From assembly GCA_037447605.1 (NCBI GenBank), contig CM074816.1:821873-885872 (forward strand): DNA of 64,000 nucleotides, given 5' to 3'. The DNA comes from Zygnema circumcarinatum SAG 698-1b (taxonomy: Eukaryota; Plantae; Zygnematophyceae). The notes below the pieces were generated by a model, which was given only the letters and a program-made list of their open reading frames with translations, was not told where the DNA came from and did not search any database. Of this stretch, positions 24,336 to 38,273 are shown piece by piece. Each line of letters begins with the position of its first letter. The stretch's first letter is position 1. A program made the position numbers and the translations under genes.

Positions 24336-25706
24336 GTCTCTGCAGACTTTTACTGCAATTGGCAAGGCAGAGAACGAATGAGTTGTTGGCAGTCGGCCTG
24401 AAGTGGAAGGTGACACTTGTTCACAACAGAGGAGATTGTTTTTCTGCAATCACTGTAGCCTGCATGCTTTTCCCCTCTTCACGTACATTGTGACAGAATG
24501 TAAAAGGAAGAAAAAGTTTTCAATACAACATGCATCTGCAGCCTATGGTGTGCGGGGAGTGGCTGTGTGCCTATACTTGTCATAACAATAAATGCATGCG
24601 TCCTCGCACCGATGTTGTGGTAAATGCACCTTTCTTTTTTTTAAAGCACGTCAAAAAAAGGGTAAACGAGGGTAAGTGCTGCATCAGTCAGTCTGAAAAA
24701 ATGTTTCGAGAAGGAGAGACATTTGAAAAGGGGATTGGCTTCGCAAGCGCATCAATAGCCTTGGGACAATGCACAGAGACTTTTGTTGCCCCGCCGTGCA
24801 CATGCTGGGATTGAGAGAAGCAGTGATTGTCCGGGCAGTGGCAGCTGAAAGTGAAGGGGAGGGCGTTTGAAAATCGAGGGATATCGGGGGTCTATGAACT
24901 TTAAAAATTTAGAGCTGATGTTGAAACTCTTACTGCAAAGGCAGAGACTGGAGACCTCTCCCTCACGCGCGTACAACAAGTCTAGGTGTCGGTCGGTCTT
25001 TTCATGGTTGAACTTCAGACTGTGTCGTGCCGGAACGTCTTGTTAAAGCTCTTTCTTGTGAAAACCATAACTGATCCCACGTAGTTTGTTTCAGGAACTG
25101 CTGAAGATTGGATGATTTTGAACTTGGTTTACACCAAGACATCGAGGTTGCAACGCCAGTGTTACTTTTGACTTCCATTACATGATGTCCTATTAGGGCA
25201 TGTCCGACTTAACAAAATCGTGCGAATATCGAGTAACTTCACGAGAAACTTTGAAGTTCGACACGCCGTGTTCGTTACAAATGAATCGCATCACGCCTCC
25301 AACAAACTGGAAATCGAACTGGCAATGGCTGCAAAGGGACATGTGACGAAGCGGGAGAGGGGACAAGTGACGTCTGGACTATTCCTACCCTCTGTATAAC
25401 CCTAAGCCCACTCCTACCACCAATTCTAACAGTAACCCTCACCCTGAGCCCAACCCTACCACAAGCACTAACAGGAACCCTAACTCTAAGCCCTGTCCTG
25501 CCACCAAACACCCACGCAGCCTGCGACTGTCCAGCTCGAACAGATTCTTGGACCAAGCTCAGTTTTTCTTTAAGCTCAGTTTTCTTTTCTTCAGTCATCT
25601 TCAGTCATATAAGAAAAAACGAAAGTATGTAGATCTGCTTCAAGCCCACACCCTCGCCTTCCAGAACCATCATAACTTTGCATTTTTACCATCCTGCTTG
25701 CTGCAG

Positions 25707-28622
25707 GGCGTGTTTGATGATCCGGATTGCTTTTCGAACGGAGTGGATCACAGCGTGGCGGTGGTCGGATACGACCTGAGCGCGGATCCACCCTTTTGGA
25801 TCCTCCGCAACTCGTGGGGGCGCAACTGGGGCGAGCAGGGTTACATGCGCCTCAAAATCGCCGGCGGTGCGGGGATATGCGGGATCAACAGCCTGCCCAC
25901 GCTCATGCCCGTCGTCAGACCCCAAGGTAAGGTACTTTGTGTTGCATGTGAGAGTGGGACTTGAGATGGATGTTATAGATTTGATGTGCGTTGTACTTTT
26001 GGGTCATTCACAACGGGTGATTGGAGGGGGTCGTATGCGAGCATGCAATTAGCAATTGGAAAGGCCCCTGCATTATGTTGAGAGTCGTCGTTACTTTCAC
26101 TGTAGCAGCGGTTCGCACTTTTCTGAAGTCCCCATCCTTCTCTGGGCTGACCACTGAGCCTCAAGCTATGGTAGAAGAAGTGCTTTCGCTACCCATTTCT
26201 GCACCTTACGGCAAATCTTGGGATTGGAAGCGTCGTCTCATGTGACTTCTCCCTTCGGCCTTCGTTGAGTGCAGTTGGCGATCCATGCTTCAGGAATAAC
26301 TATGCGAGTGTGGTCCTGAAGAATGTGAATGGCCCCGGCGGAGTGAACCCCTGTGGAAACGGCATCTGCATTCCTGCGGGGTCGACCAACCTCTGCCACT
26401 GCTCGGAGGGCTTTGTGGCGGTCACTAACAACGACTACTCGCAAACCTGCGCACCCCGTGAGTGCTTCCTTCAACAAAGGGTGTACCGTTTCACTGCTTA
26501 GATCATTCATTTCACTTAGGAATTTCTCCTTCTATTGCCTCCGCGAGTACTGTCACACGGTGAATACGGGCACATCAGGACCCCCCTATGCCTGTGTGTG
26601 AATATTCTCCCCATCTTCACAGAGCCTTGTTCTCAAGTTGTATTGGCGGTCGTGCAGTGTCTCCATGCAAGTTTGCGTCACGGAATCCGTGCGGCGTTGG
26701 AGAGTGTTTGGATGCCGCGGCGCCTCTGGGAACGTACCAATGCTTGTGCCCCATCGGCTATGCGCCCGACTCCCCGGAGGGCACGCTCACGTGCTTGCCA
26801 GGTAGACATCTCCTCGTCACTCGTAAACTATGTCAAAGAACTCCATTCTTGTATCCGGTATTATTAGCCCAAAACAGATGTGCCCCATTTGATTATCTTA
26901 AGCATAATTTAGCCGTTTCTGGGGCCCGTCGGTACCTCATCCTAACTGAGCAACTTGTCAAACAAGGGAGGGCAGTCTGTGAGACTTCTCCGACTAACGG
27001 CTACCAACGTTCTGTGCAGCGGCTATGGTGGACGGGCAGCAGAACTTTACAGTGCCCATTGGCACAAACATAAGTTGCCCTACCGTTTACAACATGTATG
27101 GCATCAGCAAAGCCACGTTTTTGGACCAGAACAAAGTAAGTAATGGTGAACGCTTCTCGTCAACTATAGCTCAGTCGTGCAGAAATGCTTCTGAATTGGT
27201 CAGTGTGGGCACATCAACCCTCCAAAACATGAAAAGTTATCTCCGCTGAGCCAAACCAACATTGCCTCTCACAATATGACTTCCAAGGGGAATATGATGC
27301 TGACGCAGAACTTCGCATTGTGCAGAACTTGAGTTGCCAATCGCCACTTCCTGAAGGCACGGTTGTGAACGTCACAAATTTCCAAAACTGCTCCGTCGTT
27401 TACGCCGTCAATGAGGTGAGCTCCGTTTGCATGCTCAGCTTTCTGTTTATACTTGTCTCCGTTCTGTGTGCCTACAGCTCGCTTTTACCTCATTGGTCTG
27501 CACTCATCTTAAAGCACTATGAGGCGGGCGAGGGCTGCTTTTAAGCTCACCTTCTGTCCTATCCATGCTGCAGGGTGACACGTGCGACTCCATCGCAACA
27601 GTGTTCAACGTGACTTCAATATCCGGCCCCGATTCACCAAATCCTGATTTGGACTGCTCACAGCTCATGCCCTTCCAACAGGTATGCCTGCTTATACCTG
27701 TCGTAGTAGGGAGACATTTTGCTGCAGAGCATTTCATTTCCTGACTCACTGACGCATGGCAGTTGTTGAATATGAAGAAAATGGGTTTTGGGGTCGTTAC
27801 TAAAGATCCCAGTGGGAGTAACCCGTGAGTTACTATGCAAGAGGTCAGCTTTACTTCTTTTGAGATTGATAGCATGTGAGCTCGTCGTGCAGGTCTGCAT
27901 TCAAAGAGGGCCCCTCGAATACACTGGGCCATGCGTTCTGCCATATGATGTTCAGCCTGGCGAGTCCTGCTATTCGATAATATCAGAGTATCTCGATGAT
28001 GATATTTGGGAGTTTTATAAGCTCAATCCTGGCGTCTTTTGTGGCAAACTGCTGCTTCCTACCAGCGGCAGCAGTGTGCTTGGCCAACAGGTGAGATGCT
28101 GCTCAAAGCAAATGCATGTTCAACACCACTCAGTTTCATACTCATGTGATCTCAATGTTGGAGTATCGCACTACATGCCTCGAGTCGTCTGTCCCGTAGG
28201 GAGACCTTCTCATGGAAACTGAACAAGAGATGAGTAGCTGACTTCAATGACTAGTTGGCAAGTTAGACCTGCATGGACGGTCTTACTAACATAGTTAATC
28301 GCCAGGATTTACGATAGTTTTACTTTTTGAGGCCCTGAGTGAACTGTTTGGTTCATTTGTGTTTTCTATAAATTTATTTTTTAATATCTTGTGCTGTCAT
28401 TGCGTGCCTGTGCAGGTCTGTCTGGCAGCAGCGGATGTGGGACTGAGTGCGACCTGCACGCAGAAATCCATCCTCCGAAAATTAACGGACACCTGCGCCA
28501 GTCTGTCAAAGTGCTTCACGAAAACATTGACCTTCAAATCATTGAATGGCTTCGCGTGCACTGCAGCAGCATTGAAAAAGGTGACGCGTTTGTGTGTTCC
28601 GAAGACGAGTACATGTAGCTGA
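25707..28622 (+). CDS. 3' part of a split gene: papain (C1A) C-terminal half, 2 EGF-like, 4 LysM-like
   Basis: Exons 25707-25926 (VDHSVAVVGY..WILRNSWG..WGEQGY), 26275-26457 and 26658-26801 (EGF-like), 27020-27135, 27326-27415, 27574-27681, 27893-28090, 28416-28622 (GDTCDSIA, GESCYSII..LNPG, DTCASL). No start codon or N-terminal half upstream on this strand. Confidence 0.85.
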
Positions 28623-29217
28623 CAGTATGCAAACAAGAGTATGTAATCGAGGGAGGGTATGTACGCATAAACAGGATGCAATTAAGGATATGTCTGTAGT
28701 TGAGGTTATGTTAGGATCGTTTATGCCGACATGTAGAGGCGATTTATTTATTTTAGGCTTGCAGGTTCTTTGTTTGACCTTGTTAGGAGGGGTAGCTTTG
28801 GATTAGTTTGGCCGGTACAATGCAGGTAGGGATTCTTTTTGGATTCTTTTTTAGAGCATCTAGTGCTGTACTTTGTTTAGAGATTTTGTGTTCAGTAGGA
28901 AGCGCGTGAAGGACAGGTCAGACAGCTTCAGGCCATTCCGATCATTTGTCAGTTTCCTCATGTTCTTTATAAAACCGCGTCACAGGAGGAATCGCGATGA
29001 AAAGAAAGAAGGAGATGATAGCTCCTGCATGTCATATTGGCTATCAAGAAAGCTCGAAACCCTAAAACTCCCAAAGGCTTGGCGTTTTGTGTGTAGCTGC
29101 CTCATAAGGTTTACATTTTCCTCCTGTTATTCGTGAATATTGCAAATCGCTGCCATCCCCAGTTCAGATTTTCAGTGCCTTAAACCGAAAGGGCCGAACA
29201 ATGGGACTTTTTAAGGC

Positions 29218-31240
29218 TTCGTTTTTTCTAAAATGACTGAAGATGACTGACGGAAAAAAAACTGAGCTTAAAAAAACTGAGCTTAAAAAACCTGAGCTTG
29301 GTCCAAAAAACTCTTCGAGCTGGACAGTCGCAGGCTGCGTGGGTGTTTGGTGGCAGGACAGGGCTTAGAGTTAGGGTTCCTGTTAGTGCTTGTGGTAGGG
29401 TTGGGCTCAGGGTGAGGGTTCCTGTTAGAATTGGTGGTAGGAGTGGGCTTAGGGTTATAGAGAGGGTAGGAACAGTCCAGACGCCACTGGACCCCTCTCC
29501 CGCTTCGTCACATGTCCCTTTGCAGCCATTGGAAGTTCGATTTCCAGTTCGTTGGAGGCGTGATGCGATTCATTTGTAACCAACACGGCGTATCAGACTT
29601 CAAAGTTTCTTGTAAAGTTACTCGATATTCGCACGATTTTGTCAAGTCGGACATGCCCTAATAGGACATCTTGTACTGGAAGTCCAAAGAAACATTTGCA
29701 CTGCAAACTCGATGTCTTGTTGTAAACCAAGTTCACAACCATCCTTTGTCACAATTCAGCAGTTCCTGAAACAAACTACGTGGGATCAGTTATGGTTTTT
29801 TACAAGAAAGAGCTTTAACAAGACCTGCCGGCACGACACACAATCTGAAGTTCAACCATGAAAAGACCGACCGATACCTAAACCTGAACGCGCGTGAGGG
29901 AGAGGTCTCCAGTCTCTGCCTTTGCAGTAAGAGTTTCAACATCAGCTCTAAATTTTTAAAGTTCATAGACTCCCGATATCCCTCGATTTTCAAACGCCCT
30001 CCCCTTCACTTTCAGCTGCCACTGCCCGGACAATCACTGCTTCTCTCAATCCCAGCATGTGCACGGAGGGGCAACAAAAGTCTCTGTGCATAGTCCCAAG
30101 GCTATTGATGCGCTTGCGAAGCCAGTCCCCTTTTCAAATGTCTCTCCTTCTCGAAACATTTTTTCAGACTGACTGATGCAGCTCTTACCCTCGTTTACCC
30201 TTTTTTTGACGTGCTTTAAAACAAAGTAAGGTGCATTTACCACAACATCGGTGCGAGGACGCATGCTTTTATTGTTATGACAAGAATAGGCACACAGACA
30301 CTCCACGCACACCATAGGCTGCAGATGCATGTTGTATTGAATTCTTTTACTTTCTTGTACATTCTGACACAATGTACGTGAAAAGGGGAAAAACATGCAG
30401 GCTACAGTGATTGCAGAAAAATAATCTTCTCTGTCGTGAACAAGTGCCACCTTCCACTTCAAGCCGACTTCCCACAGCTCATTCGTTCTCTGCATTGACA
30501 ATTGCGGTTAAAGTCTGCAGAGCCTCAAGCCAAAGTCGCCCTCTTGCCCTTCACATCTTTCGCTGCCCCTGCGCTCTTGCTACTCACGAAATTCTCATAA
30601 ATGGCTCCAAGCCGTGTCTTCTCTGACTGGGGCACTGACGCCCTCGCCGCTGCTGCAGCCTGCCGGAGGAGTGGGGCAGTGATCAGTGGTGCTTGCAAGT
30701 CACTAGAACGTAGTTTCTGGTTTCCCACCTGCCCTCCTGCTTCAGTCTGCGGTCCCTCTGTGTCTCCATTCCGTTCCTCCGCCTCCAGAATTTCATGCAC
30801 TGCTGTCAGTTGCGCATCAGCAAGCAGAGCTTGCAAGTCAGCCCCACTGAATCCATTGGTCAGCAGCCCCACTGAATCCATTGGTCAGCAGCCCCACTTC
30901 CTTCAAGTCCACATCCGGAGCCATAGGTAAATGGCGAGCTAAAGACTCCAAGATTTCCACACTCTCTCTCTGGGTTGGAAAGTCGCAGAGAAGGAGTCTA
31001 TCTAGTCGCCCAGGTCTCAGCAGAGCTGCGTCTATGAGGTCGGGCCGACTGGTAGCTGCAATAACGAACACTCCTGTGAGGCCCTCTACACCATCGAGCT
31101 CTGTAAGCAGTTGATTAACAACTCGGTCCGTCACTCCTGTATTATCATGCCCACGCTTTGGAGCAATCGCATCAAATTCATCAAAAAAAAAGATGCAGGG
31201 GGCTGCAAGAGATGCTTTCGCAAACACGTCCCTCACGGCC
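29218..31240 (-). repeat. Diverged inverted duplicate of ~23645-25625
   Basis: Collinear reverse-complement match with scattered substitutions. Confidence 0.95.
30525..31240 (-). pseudogene. PEX1 3' fragment
   Basis: Starts at AVRDVF within D2 and has a frameshifting 25-bp tandem duplication at ~30839-30889. Confidence 0.92.
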
Positions 31241-31996
31241 CAAGGTCTCTGCAAGAGACCCATGAACAATTTTTAGAATAATGAATTCTTGTTATAGATG
31301 AAACTTGCTTGAAGCATGCATGGCAAACTTTGGTGGGCATGCCATCGATGTCCTCTGAATCATCATGGTTTTCAGGATCACGCCAGGCCTTTCATCATCC
31401 TCAGCAATGGCCTCTCCTCCTGCGCCGCAAGCCGTAGCCCGTTGTCGTTGCACGGCTCGTGTGAAGGCTTGGAAGAAAGAATTGCGAAGCATAGCGATTC
31501 GAACCAGGAGCATAGCGCCGTAACAATTCATTTTGCTCTTCTTTTTTTGAAGGCGTTCGTTCTCTTTTGTTTTGAGTGTGAAGATCAGACCAGATCAGAT
31601 ATCTTGCTCAGACCATTGACTACAACCATCGCAAATGTTCTGCTTGCTTGTGATGCACTACATGCAATTTCAGTATAGATTCAACTTGCCCATAAGTAGA
31701 AAAAGCAAAATCGGACAAGGAGGATAGCGCGTAGTGTCACGTTCCATATCTACAACACCGGCAATGCCTCCCAACACTCGGCATGCATGACAAAGAGTTT
31801 CACCGACCGGACAGTTACATCATCTCAGAGTGAACTGAGGGGCTGTCACTACCTCCCCACTCGAACACTACCTCCCCCCACTGAAACAGGCCAAAATTCC
31901 GGCTAGCTTCTACCGCACAGAGATTTGGCACAACAATGACGTCCTATGTACACGATTATCCTCTGAAACAGTCGCATTATCCTTTGCATGGAGAGA

Positions 31997-34025
31997 TTAC
32001 TGGTTCTGCTTCGACTTCTTCGAGTGGTCTTCAGCAGGGCGATCAATGATGTACTGCACACAACCAACAGAGTGCACCAAGTTATGTTGGTGGTGAGATA
32101 TTTCCACACCTGAATGATTCACTAAAGGCATGCTGCATAACGATGGCCGAACACGACTGTTGCTACCATCAAATACAAACCTGGCCAGGGGGCGCATCAG
32201 CTGGAAGCAGGGGCTCCCGCAGTCTGCGCACGGCAACTTCCTCGTCTCCATGACGATCATGCTCGTCGCTTTTCTTTTGAACAGCGTGGAGACTCATCGC
32301 AAGGATAATCGCAATAATCTGGCAGCGGCACGTGCTTGCAAAAAAATCAATAAAGCTAAGAAGAGCTAAGAAGGAGCAGTACATTTGACAGCTGAACATT
32401 GAGGGCATATCGTGCAGCCTTCAGCAAAAGGAACAATAATTCAAACGGAATTGCAAAACTCAAAATGCCTCCAAAAGAAATGGAGGCCAGCGGAAGTGGA
32501 AGAACACGACCTTTAAGAATTGCACAAAACATTCTATTAGCACAAAGAAAGAAAAAAGGGGGAAAGAAGTGCATCCTTTCAATAAGTGCGTTTTGCACAA
32601 GAACGGTGAGGCGGCAAGAAAAAATACAAAGGACCACGCACGTAGTTTTGGTTTCTTAGAAGCTTTGAAGCATTATCAGAGGTTTACAAGCATCTCAGCA
32701 CATATGCAATAAATTCATCCGTCATGGCAACCTATAACAAGACAAAAAAAAAAACTTACCTGAACAATCAGAACTCCAAGGCCAAACCATTTCAAGATAC
32801 CAATGTTCTTCTCAACAAATTTCTTCATCTTTCTCAGCTCTCCAGTAGGATCATCCGGAATCTCCTGCAGACCATCCGGAGCCATGAGAAGACAATGGAG
32901 ATTGTATATTCCTTGCACGCAACAGCATACAGTCTACAGGACAGTCTAGGGGTGGAGAAAACGAGGAAAAAACGAAAAAGGGGAAAGGCGAGAACAACGG
33001 TAAGTCGGGCTCACCTTGTCCCAAGATCTATCGAAGAATAAATAAGAAGCGACTAGGATTTGGACGACCAGCATGAAAGCAATTCCAAATTGATACTGTT
33101 TGAAGCTGTCAAGGAAAATGATTCGTCTTTTTTTGCTATTCACCTTCACAAAGTATAGGCTCGTCAACCCCCAACCTATACCACGAAAATCACAAAAAGT
33201 AAAATCACAAAAAGTAAAAGCATCAACTGGTTCTAGTAAACACCCAAAATCAGCAGCATAGCATGTTTTCTTAACAGAGCATTCAAACCAGAAGAACCAT
33301 GCGATGCACAACCAAATCGCAAACAGGTCGGCATCGAAACAATGTAAGAAAAAAAGCCTCCAAAAGAGCAAGTCCAAAAACCAGAATACAAAACAAAACT
33401 TCAACTTTCCAACCGCTTTGATCAAAGACTAATATTGTAGCCGCCAAGGTGAATGGCGCAACTAGTTGTGTGGATACAAAAGAGAGGCAGAATTTGCTGT
33501 GAATCTCAGTTGCCACTGCACCGGCAAAGGTCACTATGCAGATGACAATGCCTGCTCCCAAAAACGCATAAATGAACCTGCCAAAGACCGCAAACTTCCA
33601 AGTTAATGTGGAAGTATGTGGTCAACTTTTTGCGCCAAGTGGATGCATGTAAAGCCTTGAAGGAAATCATTCATACACTACAAGAAAAAATATGCCAATT
33701 CCTCTTTGCAACTTCCAATGGTTTTACAAAGAACTCGCACTCACCAAGGAGCAGGAAGTTCGACGGTTGTGTCTCCAAAGCGTAAGTGAACATTGGAAAG
33801 GGAAACAACTGTAAGCTGCTTGGCCACATTAATTGCAGCATGTGACGCGGAAGCCACCATGTTGTCATCTGCGGAAGGCGGTGAATCAGAAGACTCTGCG
33901 TTTTTCCACCACTCATTAAGCACCATGAACGAGTAAAAAACCATCATCACACCCGTGATGGCCAGTACGAAATTGACCAGCTTCAGGAGGCATTGCAAGA
34001 GCCCTCTCACAGGCGCAGGCGCCAT
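31997..34025 (-). CDS. TOM2A/TET18-20-type tetraspanin
   Basis: MAPAPVRGLLQCLLKLVNFVLAITG, LPAPW|FIYAFLGAG..FCLSF, VQILVASYLFFDRSWDK, IPDDPTGEL..WFGLGVLIVQ, LREPLLP. The last exon and stop are uncertain. Confidence 0.8.
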
Positions 34026-34766
34026 CTTTCTCTCTTCCAAATATCAATCAAGACCTGCAGACTGGTCTCATTCCCTGCTCAAAGCAGGCACTCCGACCGA
34101 CCGCCTGCTCACCCTTCGCCTTTCTGCTTCCAACTTTTTCCTCCAGGGGCTGGTCCCCTTGAAGGGTCGCGCATGTTAAGCGACGTGGCAGAGTGCAGTG
34201 TTCGATGGACTCCGGCCCCGAGCACACCTTCAAGAAGCCACTGCCACGTGGTTGGCGGCTGCTTGTGGCACGGGTGTCCAGCTTCCACGTGGCGGCCGCC
34301 GGCTTGCGTGGCAGGTCCGAACACTTCCAGGTGGCACTCACCAGGGAGAGCCGTTCGCACTGGCTCGTCGGAGCGGTCCGATAGACCGCTCGGATATGTG
34401 AACAGAGCAAAAGGGTTATATATATGAGTCCTTGTTGGTGGCTAGGACTGCCCTTCTGGTCGATGGCTATGACTTTGCGACCAGTTAGATCCTCGTGGTT
34501 TTCCACGTTGATGTTGTCCATGTACATTTGATGGCATCGCTTTCCATCGTGAGATCAATGCCACTTCCATTTCTTCTATTACTTTTTATACAAAGCTGTT
34601 AATCGCTGGTGCATATGGGAACGGTTTTAGTCGGGAGTTCGCGTTCAAGGACCAGTTTCTCAAGAAAAAAATCCTATATTTGTGAACATGATTCATATAG
34701 AGAAATAAGTAATGAATTCCTGATTTTTTTTCTCAATGCGTTTTTTATCGAGAACCAATTGAACAT

Positions 34767-35347
34767 TAGGGCGTGTCAGACTTAAAAAATTCTCGTAATA
34801 CTAAAAACTCGATATTCGTAACATTTCGAGTCAACGTCAGTAAAACTAAAATTCCCGAGCGTAGTTTTTCGCACTCGCGGCTCGGTCCTGTTCGCACTCC
34901 GCGATCTCCGTCTTCGCACTTCTCCAAACGCCGTCTTCGCAACTTCGCCCTCGCGCGGGGCCCTCAGACTTAGAAACAGCGCCGGCGCGGCGCGCGGAGA
35001 CCGCTTGTCGTTGTGTCGTGTTGCGCGTCACGGGCGGGCGCGGGCGCGGCCGGGAAGCCGGGAAAACAACCATGACGTCACGTTGACGCGATTTTCGCCA
35101 GTATTTTCTTCGCACGTCCATTTCGGCGCCTCTTTTGGGTGCGAACAAAATCGTGCGAAGAAATGCAATTTCAGTAAACCCCACGGGTCAATCTTCGCAA
35201 CGTTGACCCGTTGACTTAGCACAGTTGACTTCCGTTCGGTTCGGTTTAGGTTCGGGGGCGCGATGATTTTTAGTACTTAGTAACCTCGATTCTCGTAATA
35301 CTAAAAACTCGATATTCGTAACATTTTGTTAAGTCTGACACGCCCTA
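34767..35347. mobile_element. 581-bp non-autonomous TIR element (hAT-like MITE)
   Basis: 19-bp TIR TAGGGCGTGTCAGACTTAA; 8-bp TSD with one mismatch, TTGAACAT/TTGAACAA. Confidence 0.88.
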
Positions 35348-35397
35348 TTGAACAATTAATTATCGTTCGTGTTCATTTTTCCCTGATCGCCGCGCAG

Positions 35398-38103
35398 GGC
35401 CTGTGGGTGCTCGCGCAAGGGCCCTCCTCCTCCTCCTCCTCCGCCTTTGCGTTCCGGCAGGCGCAGGGAAGCAAGTGCTTCGGCGTGCCTGGCGGCAGCA
35501 AACAAGGGAACCTTGTCATACAGATTTTTGGTGCGTCTCCTGCAGCTTGTACTGCAGAATACTGAGACCGAATCATAGCTTGATTTTGAAGCGGAATTAG
35601 CGAGTAGAATTTCAGCTCTTTTCCTTGTAAGTTTGTATGTTTTGGATTTTAAGGTCAAACTGAAAGATGTAGCTCCGTAAACAATCACGATGTCCACAAC
35701 CATGTCCTTGCAGAAAAGTAAGAAGCAAGGCGACAGTTCAAAATTTATAAAAGCTGCTGTTGCATTTCTTCTTGTCGTTCAAACATGGTGTCATCTGGAG
35801 CCCTCTTTTTGGTGATTACTGATTCGTCTTTTTTGCTATCTGTGCTATGTGATGTGTAGAGTGCGATTATGGCTCATCCCAAATGTTCATTCCCATATAC
35901 CAGCAGTCCGCAGGCCTTGCTGTGCAGTGGCAAAATGTGGCGTCGGGAAAGTGCCTGGACTCGAAGACTGGGACTAAAGGAACCACTGTAGTTCAAAAGG
36001 CCTGTGCTGCTTCAGAGGCTACAATGACAAGCCAATTGTGGAGAGCTCTTTCTCTCGCTAGTTTCCAAATGCTGTGTGAGTACCTTCTCCCTTCCCTCTC
36101 CTTTTCTCTCACTCACCTGTATCTCACACTCCTTTCCCTCTATTTCCTCCCCTCCCCTCTCCTCTTCTCTCATTTTCCCTTTCAATCTTCTTTCTCCTTT
36201 ATCTTCCCTCTCCTATCTTCCTCCCTTTCTCTCTTTTCCCTCTTCCTTCTCTCCCGACCCGGCCGCATTGTTGGAACATTGGCAGTAGTGATTCTGACTT
36301 TGGTAATAGCTTACTAATGGACGGTCACCTAGTGCTTGTATAAATACTATCAACGTGAGGCCGGAGATTACGACAAATCGCCGAATTTAGTGAATCAGTG
36401 GGCGGTGAAAGTACCTCTTCTTCTTTGAACTCGACTGTCAGTGAATCAAACTGCGAGTCGAAAGCTGAACTGGACATGTAATCAGGATTCAGTCAAACCC
36501 GCGCCATGTTTGAGCCCTGCGCATGTTTGGAGTACCGCGTTATCTCGTCAGGGGAGGGGTCCTAAGTGGTGGAACCTGAAAGAGAACATGCGATTGTCTT
36601 GGTGCTGGATAGGGCGTGTAAGTCACTCCCAAAACGAATATTCTAAGAGTACATCAAGCATCTTGATGATGAATCGGAAAACATACTTTGGTCCTTACAT
36701 ATCACGCGTCCATTTCAACGATGACTCCTCGGAGTTCCATGATCGGCGTCACTGAATGAACAACTTTTGAACGCTTGCACTCCTTATTGAAACTTTTACG
36801 TCCTACATTCTCAGCAAAGATTTATCTTCAAACTCATTTCAAGCATTGAAAGTAGGCCTGTTGCCTCGTTTGAAAGTAGAATCAACGTTCCGCTTACTAG
36901 ATGAACTGACTTGAAGTTGCCAGTTTCAACCCTCGCCTTCTTCGTGTTCTATGATTGGATACAAATCCATAATCTGCTGAAAGGGACGGTATACAGTCCG
37001 AGTTCCCACTCCATTCCTGCGCGGATTTGGAGTTTTATGGTATTTGAAAGCTTCACGGCTTCTATCTTGATAGCATTTTCAGGAAAGCGTCATTCCAGAA
37101 AGGATTTCGGAACCAAGCCATGGCACAGGAAAGAGAGTGCAAAAAAAGAGTGGAAACGACGGTGACATCGTTTCCATCGTTCACCTCTTAGTCCACATGG
37201 GCAAAAATGCTTGTGAGACGCATGAAATTAGAACGACTTCATTCTGAGTCCAGAATTTTGACCCTGCTCCATTTTTCTGTTTATTTTCTGTTATGATTCT
37301 CTTGCTTGTGCAGTTATCCCACCTCCCCCTCCTCTGAGGCCTCCCCCGCCCCCTCCAAGCCCGCCTCCACCTTCGCCTCCACCTCGACCTCCACCTCGAT
37401 CTCCACCTCCACCTCGACCTCCACCTCGGTCTCCACCTCCACCTCGTTCTCCACCTCCTCTCAAACAAAGTCCACCACCAAGAATGCCTTCGCCTCCTCC
37501 ACCCTCGCCTCCACCCCCGGCTCCGCCTGCGCCTCCCCCGCCTGCCCCTTCTGCAGAAGGTAACGAACACCTGTACTTTGCCTTGAATTCGCCTTCCAAA
37601 AGGGATTCGTATTGTCAGTATGAAGGAAGAAGCGTATTCTCGCATCTATGCATACATAGCGAGTAAGTAGGGTACGGAAAAAACTTCCGCTGTGCCTCAA
37701 GTTCGTTTCTTCATTACCATCGTAGTTGTGGGTGCGTTATGGGATTGAGGATATTTTCTGCAAGACGAAAAGAGGATATCAGAAATTTGCATGTAGCGCG
37801 GGGTATATGCGGAACTTAGCTCGCCCCTGTTACGCTCCAGAACTTGAGGAGGAAAGCATTGACCTTCATATTTGAAAGGGGAGGATGACCTGGCCATATA
37901 TATTAGCAAGGAAAACGAAGTTGCTGGTTTTCTAAAGTGCTGAGAGATCTTCCTGGTAATTATGCAGTGATGGCGCTACTTGCGTTCCAGCAGGCGATCA
38001 CAAACGATCCTCAGAATGCTCTGAAAAACTGGAAGGCACAGGTGCCTGTGTGCGCTTGGAAGGGTGTAGACTGCAACTCCCAGACGAAGGCAGTGACTAG
38101 GAT
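35398..38103 (+). CDS. 5' part of a split gene: ricin-B-like subdomains, Pro-rich stalk, LRRNT
   Basis: Exons 35398-35530, 35914-36075 (QWQNVASGKCLDS..QLWR), 37314-37559 (SPPP/RPPP-rich), 37968-38103 (ALLAFQQAI..DPQNALKNW..CAWKGVDC). Start exon not identified. Cut off at ~38273 by the LysM duplicate. Confidence 0.75.
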
Positions 38104-38273
38104 GTAAGATCACTCTTGCTTTTCTGCTCGATGGTAGATTTGATGCCCTACCATGTACATCTTCTTTTTCTCGAATTGAAGCTGAATCCTAGACAGTAAC
38201 ACGGAAACGACTCCGACTGGCTAACGCAGTGCACTTGTCCCAACTGGTGCTATATGTTTCAGGGACGAAGCAA

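Noticed and set aside
37291-37645. Gly-rich or Arg/Trp-rich minus-strand proteins here and at 10820-11248
   Set aside because: Antisense shadows of Pro-rich exons.
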